A stretch of DNA of 64,000 nucleotides from Laetmonice hystrix (lineage: Eukaryota): positions 5,394,001 to 5,458,000 of the forward strand of contig OZ249444.1 in assembly GCA_965235115.1 (NCBI GenBank). Reading direction: 5' to 3'. Shown one piece after another: positions 38,490 to 53,500 of this stretch (the stretch's first letter is position 1; every line of letters begins with the position of its first letter). The notes under the pieces were generated by a model. It saw nothing but the letters and a program-made list of their open reading frames with translations. It did not search any database and had not been told where the DNA came from. Made by a program: the position numbers and the translations under genes.

Positions 38490-38592
38490 TCAGTAATAGT
38501 TGCAGATGTCGAAGCAGTCACTGTAGGACTTGCGCTCCTCGTACATACACAGTCCAGTGCAGAAGGCAGAGGCTCGCTCCTGGTAGTCAGTG
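38490..38592 (-). CDS. Last coding exon of the proneuropeptide: TDYQERASAFCTGLCMYEERKSYSDCFDICNYY*
   Basis: Branch-like CTGAC with acceptor GTTTTCCCACAG; strongly C/G-ending codons; C-x3-C-x10-C-x3-C; TGA followed 1 nt later by the donor G|GTAGGT. Confidence 0.85.
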
Positions 38593-41500
38593 CTGTGGGA
38601 AAACGTCAGCCGTGTCAGAACATTTTAGGCTACCTTATGACCATTCGTGTTAGGGTGACGGAATGGGATAGCAAGACACACCAATTTCAATGTTCAGTGA
38701 TGGATTGATCAAATGGAGATTCATCTTCAAGTTTGACCTGCTTCTGATTTTATCAGAACGTATTATTCAATCGGTTTTATGAAATTGACAATCCTGTTTG
38801 AAATTTACATACATCTGAAATTGTGTCTTACCTTCCCGTTTGTTTCTGAGAATTGTAAGATGGTCTAATAATGAAGGTCTACATTTACATAGTGAGGCAT
38901 TGCTTTCTAAACAAGCCAGACGCCATAGTATCAGAACACACGCGAAAATAATAATAAGAAGATAGAAAATAAAAGGGCAGATAGACTATAGAGATCTACA
39001 GATACAGATATTTCTGTAAACCGCGTTAAAAGATAAAGTCTAACAATTCCCTGTGTATTACCTGTGGATCTTCTATAATTTGACTTTTAGCCAATATTAT
39101 TTTCAATTATAATCCCTATAATATGTCAGAAATCGATCAAAATGAATCGAATATAGAAGACAGAAGTAGACGTGTCTGTCTTCTCTTTCGATTGTCCCAG
39201 ATTAGGTTGATAGTACTTGAAGCATTGTCTTCACGTTTTGACTGATTTTCTTGTTGAGCGATAAAAAAACTACTGAACCCTACAATTATGGCTGCCTTTA
39301 GCAATATAATTATTGCTATGACGCAATTGCTATGTCAGAAGTAGAAAAGCTTTTAACTGGGATGAAAACATAAATGTTTGTACTTCCTTCTTTAAACCCC
39401 AAACAACATAAAATCCTGTGTTTTGACACTAGAGGGCGTGAAGAAAATAGTGACGTTAGAGAAAAGCAACAGACGGTTACAACCGTTACGACGTCGACAT
39501 AGACACAAGTCTACCGTATACAGGACAGTCGTTCCTAACCCCTATGTTACGGCGAGAAATTTTAACCACCAAGCCATGTTGTGGGCCTTATCAAAGATCA
39601 GGCCCCGGGATTTCAAAACTTAATCTGTTACTTAAGCTTAAAGGTTTAACGCTCCTGAATGGCTGGACTAAGCAGACCAGCTAATCGGAAGCGTTAAGCT
39701 AAAGCTTGAGTAACAACTTAGGGTTTCAATATCAGGCCTCCTAGATTTTTCTCATTCATTTAATCGCTTACAATAAATAAATTTGAGTCGCCGCGGCAAA
39801 AGGTTAAAAACCACTGGGATATAACCATAACACTGAAATGAGCAGACTAAGAATTGTCGACATCCATCCGAATAAAGACAGCCAGGGTTGCTCCCTGTCC
39901 AATCATTTGGTCTCAGAACTGAAACGATGATATCCACATCACTGAATCAATAAACAGGGAAGAATTAGACAACGGTAGACAGCACGAAATGAAGGATCTC
40001 CCGCGATTCCCTAACATTACAGACATTCCTTACTCCAGTAAATTATCGTCGATTAAAAGTACCAACAAACAGTGTCCCGCACTTAGAAATAAATACAGTG
40101 GGTTCCTATTCAGTGAATGACAGGAGACAAAATCTATTCAGATGGAGTTTTTACAACCCGACTGTGCAAGTAACTATAGTTCTCTGTAGAAAGAGAACCA
40201 GTGTGGCTGAAATTAGGGCTAACATGAAACTGGCCTTAACCTAGCTTTAAGAAGGCCCTACACACCCTATGGCTAACACCAATCGATTTGTCTCTGCTCT
40301 TCGAACCCTGCACATCTTCACCAAGCAAAATTGAAACACATCGATTTTTTTCATGCCACTATAAGACATATATATATAGAGAGAATCTGACGTCCATGTT
40401 ATCATTTGTGGCCCCTATAGGGGGTTTGTATGACGTGTTGGTTCGAATGGTGACGTAAGAACTCGAATGCTACGTGATAACCTTGTGATCACGGAAGTAG
40501 CGTGACGTCATAGATTTGGCTTGGACGCAATGCGGGTTTTCTGTCCGACTAGCCCCTAAGAGACCAGTAATCAGAACCCCTAAAGGGGCCTCAATGATCA
40601 TGTGAAGAAAATTAAAGGGTAATCAAAATTAACTTACAAACTCCCGCTATGAGGCAGATTAAGGTGAAAAGTAATTAGTCGAAAGCAGTATTCGAAAGTC
40701 TAAAGAGAGAGAGAACTACGACACAGTATTTGACATACCTCCTCCTTTTACGTCTATCGGGATTTGGAATATAGTAACGAGTGTGTGTGAGCCAATTAAA
40801 TCCATGCCTCGCAAGACCAAAAAATGGCGGTTCTCAATCAGCACATTTGGTGTAACATTGAGGCTAAAACATTGTTATAATCTTTAGTGACGCTTCATGA
40901 GCAAACATTCAACCGTCCTAAAAGTACTTGGGTAAATTTACTTTGACTAGAGCCTGAAGTAATGATAGAACAATCCGTAACAAAAGATAATTCATTGCGG
41001 CACACCATTGATTAAATTATAAAACATAATCCGAATGGTATCGTATACTTTAGATAGGAACGCACATGATGTATCCGTTCAACAGCGTCTCTAAGGACAG
41101 CTGCTATAGTTTACGGATAGTTTGAATTATGTGCAGCTGCTATAGTTTACGGATAGTTTGTGCAGATGGATACTACATTAGGATGATTAGTATCCTGTTA
41201 TTTAATGGTATCAGAAGAGAAACAGCAGTGGATGTATTTTGTTGATGATTTACATAGCACGCATTGTCTGGAGTTCTATCTAATAATGCCGAGACGAAGC
41301 GCAAGTTATTTTTCATCATAGTCATGATCAGCAGGCAAGTTGCATGAAGGTTTAAAAAAAATCATGTTTTACTGCGCAATAAGGTATCATTAAATGACAT
41401 GACGGCTAAATCAGTTTGGGTTATTCCTTTGACGGTGAATGATATTATGTACATGGAGTTATCTACGCCGACTATCTGTGTGCCGACTTTGGGACCAAAC

Positions 41501-44500
41501 CTGCCTTTTCTATAGACTGCCTTGTGGCCTACAGATGGTTAAAACATGCAACACCCGAGTGCAACTTACAAGCTTCCGTTGCAAGGCGGGGACGAATGGA
41601 AACAATTGAAACAGGTTAGGATGTGGAATTGAAGAACTGAACGATGAAATGACTAGCAGGAATTTTTTGTGAGGAGCTCCTACAATTTGGAGAACAGCCG
41701 ATGGCATAAAGTACTAACTGTTTCAAAACTGTTTCATCAGGAGATGAAGAGTTTCAGATTGGAGTTTGGAGCTAAATATAATCAAATCAAAATTTGTAAA
41801 AATAATCGGGCCAAAGTTAACGTTGCTATCGTATATTGAGTAAAAATTGTTGATCCTAAATGAATCCTAAATATATGACAACTAGACATGTGAACAAGCC
41901 TAAGTGAAGTGTTAACAGAAATTTTTTTAAAGTGGACATAAAAATTATAGTTATGTGAATTATTTAAATTCTTAGAACATGTCTACAAGACCGACTATAA
42001 CAACAATGCACTTCACCTAAAGGAAACACACTTAAACGAACACTAATTCGATTAAAAACATATTCACACTCAAAAAATTCAACCCTTTATAAATGCGTAT
42101 TCAATGAACGAACGGCCTCATCTACGTCTAAAAGGGAACGCGCGCGACTCTAATACCAATACGAATATTGAGGGTGGGAGGGTGTTCATCACATGCATGC
42201 CTAGTAGAGTTACCTCTAACCTATATACCAGACCTATTCCAACTAACTGATGGTCTGGCTGTAGACTCGGTATAACCATTTGGTCATAAGAAACACATAG
42301 TCATAATGGGTATATTATGTGAATTGAATATTTCTCGACCTTGCTGTTTTGGATATGGTTGTTTCTGTCCCCTGATCAAGAAGTTTTCAGTCCGGAGTTG
42401 TTGTTTTTTTTGGTGGGGGGGGGGGGGGGGTTCCTCTCAAAGTGACCCTGACCTAAAATCAGCATGATAATTTCCTGACATTGTGGAAAGTCCAGCGAAG
42501 TTAGTGGCTTCTGGTATTGTTGGTTTGTCCGAGTCATAGTGTTGATCACAATTGGTATTCTCGGCACTGCCGGACCTTTTCCGTGTGACTGCTCGCCTTA
42601 CATAGTTAGCCCCTCAAGCCATACTTCCCGGCCTAATGCGATCGTTCTCATGTGAATAGACAGGAACTTCCGTTGAAACCGAATGAGGGAAGCGGTGATA
42701 TTGAGTTACGGTTCCCTGGACGCCAGGTATAGGTTAGACTTCCGGTTTGTCTAAACAACAGTTCGGGTAAAGACATCAGCCTTTTAGAGGTCCCGGAAGT
42801 GATAATGTTTGATATACGGTGTTTTGACGTTATGACGAGGGGCGAACAATAAAGGCTGCGCACGCGCAAATGAAGGAGAAATGCGGGCACTTCCCGTCGA
42901 TCAGGTTTTGATGTCCTTTTGGAATTAAGCTTCGTGATGTACTAAGGTTGGGCCTGGCGCTGGGCCCATATTGTGTCTCTACAACAGGAAATGTGCTGTT
43001 CTTCTTGGTCATTACACTGTATAAAGGGGAAGGTTGTTCACCACAATAGAAACACGTGATTTTCAATTAACGATGTTCATTAATTAAAACGATTTCCCTT
43101 ATCGTTCGTACCGCTCACTAATTGTTTCATTTCTGATTTAAATGTCCAGCGATGTCTGCCATCGGTTCTTTTTATGTGAATCGCACAGTACTCGGAAAAA
43201 GCAGATATTTTTAATTCAGAATTGAGGTAATTGAGGAAGGAAATAGTTCATTCAATCTCGTGGACCACAAAAGGGTGGTATCGATTGGGAGGATACCGGA
43301 TACAGGTTGTAAGGATTGGGGCTGTCTTACAAAGTGACTTAAATGACACCTTATTATAATAACAAGATTGCCCTAGAGACTAAAGGTCAACTTCTGTAAC
43401 CTAGAGGGGCTTCATAATTCATACTTTGCGGGGGCAGGCGGGTATGAGTGGCAGGCCACTGAATACCAAAACCTTAATTGTGGGCCAGGGTCGACTCATA
43501 CTCGTCTATAGGAGCGCAATCTACCTTTTAACGTCTTGTAATGTTTTGAAAGTACATTGTCTGCTTTTCGAAACTGTCGTTGGTGTTTTTCGGGACCGCC
43601 GTGATATGACCCTGGCTGTTGCAAGGCGTAAAACACCAAATACCCACCCACCCATCCTTTTTCCGGAGGGAGAGCCATATTTTCATTATGAAAATAATGA
43701 CCAAAAATGTTGATATCTTTTCCATTTCTCAATAGCTGTTAGGTCTAAAGAATCCTTGATTCATGGACCTTGGAGTACCTTTAAAAGAAGAAGAATAGGA
43801 AGGAGGAAGAAGAAGATCCTAATGAGCCAGATCAAGCGGATTTATTGACTTGGCCCTCCAATTAGTTAACTGGATGGGTTGATTGTCGTGACCTTGCTGC
43901 AGTACGTGACTGCCGTGGACACGATACGGCAGGCCGGCGATTTTTTCCCAACGTGATGCAACCACAGCTCTGAGTAAGCCGCTTGCAGGTCCCCTCAGCA
44001 ACCATCGAGTCTTCTCATTAAACCGGACAGGAGTCGTTTGGTTAAGTACCCCCGGCGTCTCCTTCAATTTGATTAATGTATGGGAAGACGCCTTGGTGCT
44101 GTGGTGGTAGGGGCGTAAGGCTGGAACCGGCTGGTTTGGGGGCTTGGCCCAGGCTTGGCCCACGCAACGATCGAGTGTCTGCCTCTTCCATCCAAGCAAA
44201 GCCTCTGGAGCCTTCAAGTTGATCATTACGAGGAATCGGGCTCAATTAGGACATTGAGGTATTAGGTAAATACCCGAGTCTTCCTTGAAAACCCGAGGGA
44301 AATATTTAAGGATACTGAATTACCTATTCGAGGTAGGTTTTGCAGGGGCGGATCCACGAATTTGGAAGTGGGGTCGTTGGGTTAATTCAGAAAGCTCTAT
44401 GGGGGAAAGAGAAAAAAGAGAGATAAATTGACGCCAGAGGGGGGTCCGACCCCCTTGACCCCCAGGTTCCGCCACTGTTTTGTGTTTAAAAGTAAAGGAA

Positions 44501-47500
44501 TGTGGATTTTGAAAAGACTAAGCAATACACGCACATGCATGCCAAGGAGAATGAACGCCTTGAATCTAATTATACCTCCAATTTGTGTCGGGTCGCCTGC
44601 ACGTGCTGAACCTAATGTCGCCTAAGTCACGTCATGAAAATCGAAGTCTTAAAGAACTCCCCTATTACTGGACGGTAGAATATCACATAACACGATTGGA
44701 GGAATTTGTATGTGCTAGTCACGCCAGGCCCCACTTTCTGAATCAAATGTACCTGCAGCGTGGACGAGTTTATTATAGTAGGCTTTCATGGCTGTCTTTT
44801 CTAATGGGCGATAATAAGAGGGTTAGCGACTTCAAGCCAGAGGCCTGCTCTGTTATTTGAATCACTCTGCACCAGTGGGGACACTATGTCACCTGTGATT
44901 TTTGTTTGTTACCCTCATTTGTCATCCTAATCAGGAGAAGCACGTACAATGCTTGCCGTCTGAGGGCAATCTTGAGGGGCCTTTTAAGTTTGTGCAAGCA
45001 GAAATAGTGTGGCTATTGGAGTATTCTGCCCGCAATCCTTGCATGGATAAGTGTTAAATATTTGAGTGTGGATTGTTGGAAGAGTGTTTATGGGAACCTT
45101 GACCTGTACGGGGTTGTGGGAGGTCAAGGGGTCATGGCAGCTGTCTACTCTACTTAGAGAATCTAAGGTATGACCACAAACAGACCATTCACAGATAGTG
45201 CCTTCTTTTATCGTTTTTGTATTCGGTATGGCCACCCGCAACTTTACAAGCCAACATTAATTTTGTAAAACGTTGGATCAACAATCGAAACACCTACATT
45301 GTACTGACAGAGACACAAGTACACAACTGCGCCACATTCCTGTCCATGGGGCGTTCTGACACGATCTTCTATAGTTCTATACATGCTGATATTGGAAATT
45401 ATCCATGCCAGCTTTCCAGGCCGCTCACGAAGTTATGTTAATACTTTGTAATGACGATGGCCCAAAATCTACCCGTCTCTCTTAGTTTTTCCTCTCTCAC
45501 TCAGTCGCACCAGCGCGCAATATTTCGTGTAAACCTAATGAAGATATTGTACTGCAAACAAAGCATGCTACTAACTACACTGCCGTCGAATGTATTAGAC
45601 TAATCTAGGGAACACCGATTACAGGTCATTCGATCCCGAAGACGGAGGAATGGGGAAAATTGAGAATATCATGAAAATCTTATACTCACTATCTCTTCTG
45701 CCGAGAACCAGAAATGTCCGAATTCCTTTGGAGTGCCTGAAACGGTAGGGAAATAAGAAAATAATGGTCATGCAAGGCTAATATTATCCAAAAATAACTT
45801 TCCTACCACTATGGCTTTTTTTTGAGAAAGTCAGGAAGAAGTCTTTCTGACTTTATAGACTTATAGATTTCGGAAAAGTGGTTAACAAAGTGTGGGTGTG
45901 ACTCGCAGGTATTGCTAACTGTTCACTTCCAGAGACCTTTATCATGGAAGGTTTCAGAGAAACATTTTGATTGATGATTCAAAAGATCAAAAACGGAGGT
46001 GAACAGTTCACTTTGGAGCCCTGTGCCAGACCCGGCAGAGATGACAGGGCGTGCATGCCGGAGGAGTGTTTATGACATTGTCAAGCGTCGCAACAAGAAG
46101 ATTTCGCAAAAGTGTTATGGTTTATTGATCAGTATATCATTAAAATTTGCAAGCCTTCCTCGGGGCACAGACATTTTTGCAAATAACAAGGAAAGGCAGG
46201 AAATTGAATGAGGCTTTGAGGTGAAGGCCTTTGTGGGGAGGGCAAGCAAGCCTTTGGATTATCAAAAGCTCCACTTTGTTGCTGAGGGCCTTTCCCGGAG
46301 AACAATGTTGAGCGATTTTGTATTATAAAGCGATACTCGGGCACCGGTTGGGAATTATGTATGTATGAGGATTTTATCCGCTTGTAGCCAGTCATCCGCC
46401 GTTTGAATAGTGAACGAGTCGTCTGGAAACCGCTTCATGCAGAGGTACATCTTTCTGTAGCTCTACATGCATTATACAGTGAGTTGACTGCTGTGTGTGA
46501 CCTCACGGCTATATATGGACAGCCNNNNNNNNNNNNNNNNNNNNNNNNNNNNNNNNNNNNNNNNNNNNNNNNNNNNNNNNNNNNNNNNNNNNNNNNNNNN
46601 NNNNNNNNNNNNNNNNNNNNNNNNNNNNNNNNNNNNNNNNNNNNNNNNNNNNNNNNNNNNNNNNNNNNNNNNNNNNNNNNNNNNNNNNNNNNNNNNNNNN
46701 NNNNNNAATTGTCCATAGCTGCTGTGTATACCTAAAATATATATAGTAACGGCAGAGACCTGACAAACATGTCTGAGGGAGACTGAAGTAATTGGTATAC
46801 GATGGAAAGCAGCCGTAGGCACTAAGCTGGAAAATGGAGGAGCTGTATGTACTGAGATTGTCGCATACATAGGCGAGTCAGGCTGAAACACGATATGTGG
46901 AGAGAATAGAGGTACTACTTCCGCTGTCTGCTGGAAACTTATTAGGAACGCCCAATTAGATGTCTCTCCTCTGTAAGTATACATTCACACAACGTTTCTT
47001 AATGGACCCGACAAGTTAGGAAACAGTCCACTCTGTTGGAGAGACTTTCATAGATTGAGTCAATGCAGCAGGAGGATGGGAAAGGCATGTAACCAAACTG
47101 CTACTAACTACTTCTTGCAGGCAGTCACCCAGGAAACATTAAGACTAATCTATCATATTTTTTTTACCTTTTTAAAAGAAATAAATAACATAGAAAAAAA
47201 CTACGCTAGTTTCTAGGATCACGACATTGACTGCTCCCTTGTCGATTACTGCCTCCTCAACGTTCCAACCAAGTTTTATATCACCCGTAAAGTGCAATGT
47301 CGTGTCCGCCGTGTGGCGATGGAATTTGATCGTTTTGCGACAAGTATTGATATTCAGGTGGGTTCGTGCATATTGAAGACGCCAGAGCTTGTCAGCGTGG
47401 TGCATATACTTTGATCAATAATTGTAATACTGTTAGAAAACCCCGGTGATTTGAAGTACAATATCCCATATCTTCCGTATGTGTTAGGCATTGTTAGTTT

Positions 47501-50500
47501 CTGGCTATATGAGTAGTAGTGCTAATCTTCATAATTACAATTCATTATTTTTATTGACATTGTATCATTTACGTTATCTGATGGACGTGATCTACTTGCG
47601 TTGCGATGCTTCCAATTCACCCCTTGCGCGGTCTTTCGAGTTCTTCCGCGGAAAAAATTCCAAATCGGGAATGCATGAAAGCATTACGAGCGTTCACGAG
47701 TGTTCCGAGGGCTTCCGATGTCTTACGAGTGCCAGAGCGCTCTCGGTACCTCCTTACAATCAGATCAAAAATGTTAGATATTATCGGAAGAGTACAGAGT
47801 GCGTGGCTTCGCTTAAGATTTCGGAAGATGCATAAAGAGTTCGTAAGCCCTCGTAAGAGCGCAGAAGGTCTAAAGCGAACCCAAAAACTCTTCCATTTCT
47901 TGTTTCTCACCTTCGGCCAAAAAGGCGATGGTAAGGGCAATTAGTGACAATCGGAAGAGCTCTTAAGACCCTACAAGTGGATTATGCTCTTATTAGTGCT
48001 TACGCGGGTTACGCAAGCCTACCATTCTTTACGCGGCCTTACGAGTACTTTTACGTACTTCCGAAGCTTCCGAGACAGAAAGAATCATAGACGCGCGGAA
48101 GCCATCTCAACGCAAGTGGATCACGTCCATTAGACACTACACCAAGAATATTGGGATGGGTTCTTGACTAAACCTTGAGATAACCGACATTGTTTCTTCA
48201 CTAAATACTAAAGGGTCTGTGCGTATCCAAGCCTCATGCAAACCCTGCAACCTTCCTGTAGCCCATTACTCAACAACAATAATTACAACGGGTTTGGAAT
48301 GCGACAGTCACCCTGTGCAATCAGCGTAAATAACTGCTTTATTATCGTTTTTGAAACGCGCCCTTTTTCGGGAACTGCATCGGCCCTGATGTCTTTCGTC
48401 ACCGCTTTAATGAGACCATCATTGAATTTGTTGGCGAGCACAAGTCGAGTTAAATCAGTAATGACTCTTTCCCTGTATGGCTCTGTTTATACCGCGAAGT
48501 GTGGTGTCATAAGGACCTGGGCTAGGTAGAGGCGGACGAGCTACTAATAGGGATCAGATATGATCCTCCTTTAGGAATACATTAAGCCAAAAGTAAAGCA
48601 GTTAGAGATCGGCGCCAAGTTATGCAAGAATCTATGCAGTGATGGTTGAATCGCACAATAGGTCAGCTATAGAAGCTACAACTTGCTACAAAGTGCGTAC
48701 GCAGCATGATGAAAGTTGCGCAAACGTAACCTGGTAAAAAAAGGATATCATATCTAGTTCAGTAACAAGACGCATGCGCAAGGTGAAACCTGTCACGTGG
48801 TATACCATCGCCACTAACCTTTGATTGTAAGGCTTGCAGCGCCGTCTGGAGAGCATTGGACTTCTAAGGAAAACAATAGGCACAATAGGTTAAATGCAGA
48901 ATAACATATGACCCTATATCTGACTCATGCGCATTTGAAAAAAAGAGGATGGAGCGAAAATGAATCGTAAATTATGTTGCATCAAGGAATGTCGCTACCC
49001 TGCCTTTCTATGCCTGTTATTTGTATGTAAGACTGGAAGATTTAACAGACAGGGTAATCATTTAAAGGTTTCTTGTCGCGGACTACAACATGCATGGCTT
49101 CCCGAGCGATACACCTTAGACATAGCTACGTTTAATGTTGAAGTAATAAATGTGCACTTGATATTATGAGCCAATACATCGGTTGAAATGGTCCATTGTG
49201 GCACTTTTGAGCGTTATCTATGTTTACATCTGATTGCCAACCAAACAGAACAAGAAAAGTGCGCGCGGAGTTATTTCGTCATCCAACAGAAGTAATGTAA
49301 TCTTTGCTTTAATTGTGTTTCTCATGGTGGTATCAAAAGAGTCCTAACTCTAGCAACATATACAAATGTATTTAGAGTTGCGGGAAAGCATGCCTCTCTG
49401 CCTTGAGTTACAAGGACAAGACCATGTGAGCCCTTTTATTAAGCTACAGATAAATATGCAGTCCTTTGCGCTCTTGGGAGTTGTTATTGCTATCTGGAAA
49501 ATTGTGATAAGGCCACCTTGTTGGCAGCAGTATATTTGAGATGTATTTATCGACCTGTGAAGTGGGGAACTCTATTTTACGATATGCCATCAAGACGTTC
49601 GAGTTAAATACTTGAGATTGAATTTGTAAGCTTAGGCTGGCAGAATTTGAGTGACTGGTAGCGAGGGTAATTCGCCGATAGCGAAGGGTATTGGAATGCC
49701 TCTCAGTCTCGCAGTGACATTAATGATATTTAGACTGCCGGTATCACGCCCATTCAGATCGATCTGAAATCTCTCCTGGCAACAGGTTTCTGACGGACAC
49801 CCAAGGAGTTATTTTATGCAGGAACATCCTCCACATTTAGGTCTATCGCCTCTTGGGCTCTCCAGCGACATTTCCAACAGGAAAATAGAGTACATTATTG
49901 GGAATATCAGGCCTCTCCTTTCGATGTGAAGACCATAATTGGAGGGAACTTGAAGGGAGGACATCCGTCTGTGATTTATTCGTTTGTATTGGATCGTTTA
50001 CATGTCGGCCTGTTGGGACGCTTGGCCTGCATCCCGGAGTTCTATAATTGAATCATCAGTGTCCAGAACAAACCTACTGTACAATGGGGCCGCGCGGCCA
50101 TCGGCTTGGCGGCAGTATCTGATGGGGGCATTCAATCGGGTTTAAACTTGGGCAGGCACACTGCAAATAAGTCATGTGGAAATAGGGCTAACAACACACT
50201 GGGCAAACCCGGGTGGTCATATCGTACCGTGATTGCCTCTATCCCAACCCCGCTCCGAACTCCTACCCCCACCCCCACCAATCCCCTACTCCCACATCAT
50301 ACCCCCACCGCACCCCCACACTCCCTAACCCATGCACCGCGCTGGTATGGGCGCAAAGAGACAACAGAATCTTGTAACTAAAACGTCACGGTGCACAGAG
50401 ACACAGCCAAGTTTTGTCAGTCGATCGTACCCGTCCCTACATCACGTAGGGGTGATGTGTGGGTCACGACACCGGCGTTTTAATCAAAACAGAAAACTCC

Positions 50501-53500
50501 GGGGTGATTGCAGCCCAGAACGAGGGTAATCTCATGCGATTCATCCCTGCCCAACGAAATTTACACCCGGAGCACTGAAGTCGCCAGCCGGGCCTTTTTG
50601 AAGTGGCGTATAAAAGTAATGTTTATGTGCTTCTGCTGCTGTACTTGTGTAGCGATTAGCAAACAGGAAAAGGTTTTTAAAACAGAAACATAGAGGGCAA
50701 TGATATAGTACAGACCCCCGACTTTCTTTCAAACTTACGTTCTTGCTTACGCTTTGAAAAGTTAAACGCCCCTGATTGGCTGGTCGAAACATCAGAGGCG
50801 TTAAGCCTTAGCTTAAGCACGAACTTAAGATTTTGGGGCCTAGGATTTAGGGAGTATGTAGTTCAAGATGACGTGTCGAGGGCGGCAGGGAATGAGAACG
50901 TCAGCGGGCTCCGTCACGTGGTTCTGAATGGACCAACCATAGGGATGGAATAACGAGACAGCGGAGAATCATCATTTGGTGATCTGTTTGTCTGCCGGAT
51001 GGCTCTGTGTTGGCACATCGGTTGGAATTCCATTCCCGTTACAGGTCCCTTGTGGCTCACTACTGATTATGAGATGTATTGTCGACGCGTAGTAATCTGG
51101 GCTTTCCGTGCGGGGCTGAAGCCGCGCCGCCCGAGCACAAATCCAACGGACTACAGCGACCTCTTGCGGTGAGGACGTGGTTGCAGATTACCTGCGCAGA
51201 AATACACGCAGCTTCCGTTTCAGCCGCCAGGAAAAACAAGAATAAGATGTACATAAATAAAACGACTCTGATGTAGGCTAGCTAGATGACGGTGGTAAAA
51301 CAAACCGTATGGTCAAATTATTCTGCTTGCGTGAACACCAGTGCCTGTGTCTTTGTATGTTTATTATTTTTTGTGTTGTTTTTGGTGTGTGTGTGTTTTT
51401 TAAGGTTGTTGTCCGCCTATTGTGAGACCGACGTTGCTGTTGGGAGTGGTTGAGGACAATGATTAAGAGAGACAGATTGAGGGCAGTACCCGGCCGTATT
51501 GATGTGTGTGTTTTTTTAGGTTGTTGTCCACTTGTTGTGATACCGACGTGGGAAGAAGAGACTTAGGGTTGTTTTTGTCCTGGTGTTGGGAGTGGTTGAG
51601 GACAATGATAAAGAGAGACAGATTGAGGGCAGCGGCCGGCCGTATCGATGTGTTACATGGCCATCTCTGGTTACTCAAGGGGATCGGCTGTGATCAAAGT
51701 CATAATTAGTTTCACGGGATAAGAGACTATTTCTCGGACAATGCAGCGACTATCACATTCTACCAGTGCATGAAAAATTTTAAAAATTTAAAAATTACTG
51801 AATAAAATAAAATAAAGGGGGCGAAGTTGAAGACACCGAGAGGGGTGCCCCCCCTTTGGGTTTATAATTACGCAGCAATATAGCCCCGGGCAAAAGCTCG
51901 TTTATATATTTTTTTATATATGTATAGGATCGCTTTATGTCGCCGACCAGATCTGTCGCTGATGAAGGAAGACGCTCCACGCAGCCTTTACTAAATGATG
52001 CGTTCTCTGGTCGAGAATAATTTCTTTCTCCCCTGCCAGAAAGATAAAAATAAACCACAAAAAGTTTGGCTGAAACCAGGCACGACACGAGCGGAGTGGT
52101 TGCGGCAAGATAAAACGTTGAAAGCGGCCATGCATACCAACGTTCATTTTATTCTTCGGTCTTTTAAATGAATGAGTATTCAATCAGCACTCCTTCATTC
52201 TATGGGGATAAAAATACGGAAATAAGACTGCTGAGTTCTGTTCTTGCGGAAGGCCTGATTATATCTCGCCAAACAAAATACGATTTAACGTTTCCATAGC
52301 AATCATTCCGTCGTGAGATATTAGCTACGTATGGTTAGAAAAATATAACGTAAGACCAAGCGCGTTAGATCAATCATGAAACGTGATGTTAGCGGAATGG
52401 AATTATGATTTTTGTACGTCAGGATTATTATGTTTTAGAGATACAACATGATAGCCAGTCTGTCTTGTACATGTACCTGGTAATTCGGCAGTCTGGAAAT
52501 ATCCTACCCGAAGTTCTGGTAGGCCTACAGATGTATATAGTTTGGCATCCAGACGTTTCTCGAAAATATTTCAAGGCCTCAATAGGGGAAGTGGAGGCCC
52601 TGTAGGCCTAGGCCTAGGCCTAATTGTGATAGCTTGTTGTATAGCCTATAGTGTTCAAGTATGGTAGGCAGGATGTATCTCCTGGCTAATAGTGTTTAGA
52701 GGTTGTGTACTTATATGGTTTATTAACAATCCGGATGTCCCTCCTGCAGATTAATGAAATCTGACCTTTTGTAATTAACTGAGCACATAATGGGATTCAT
52801 ACTCCGTCATTCCGAGACTTTCCCCCGATCCTAATCGTAAACGTGTTTGGGTTCGTTATTAACTGAAAGCGGCTCTTGAGAGTGCAGACGCCTGGCGACG
52901 ACCGAACGAGGGGATTGATTGATCCAGGCCGATCTCCGGGATCGTTCGGGGTAAAGTGCTCACCCCAACGGGGCGTGACAGTCGGCGATCGCCCCCTCTG
53001 ACAATCCGGATCGGTGACGTCACAGCCTTTACTAACAGCCACCGCCTACGTCACAAACAACGCCCACGTCACGATATCCACCCACTCACCGCTCGGCTTC
53101 CAATTATTAGTCACGCTCAGCTTACCGCCTAAAGGCAAGCCCACTTTTTATAGACTGACCTTATACATGGAAGTAACATAAAACATAAAATAAAGGCATC
53201 AACGACCTCCCAGGGCCTACTGTATGCCAGGACAGGCCTCCTAGGGCCTACTCCGTATCGTGTAGGCCTATAACGATATAGCTTCATGATTAAAAAAAAG
53301 GAAATTAAAGCAAATGAAAAAGACCAGCGCGCTTCAGATTATAAGAACTCCTGAGGGCTGGGCCGTATGGCGTCTGAAGAGCTGTGTATCTTTGATAATT
53401 ATTCCCTCGAGGGATCCCGGAATGGAATGTTTATGAGGCACGTCTTGGTTTCACCTACGGGAATCGATGGCGGAGTCGTATGGTCTGTAACACAAACTCC

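Noticed and set aside
38466-38708. 80-aa + strand ORF
   Set aside because: It is the antisense shadow of the real minus-strand peptide exon.
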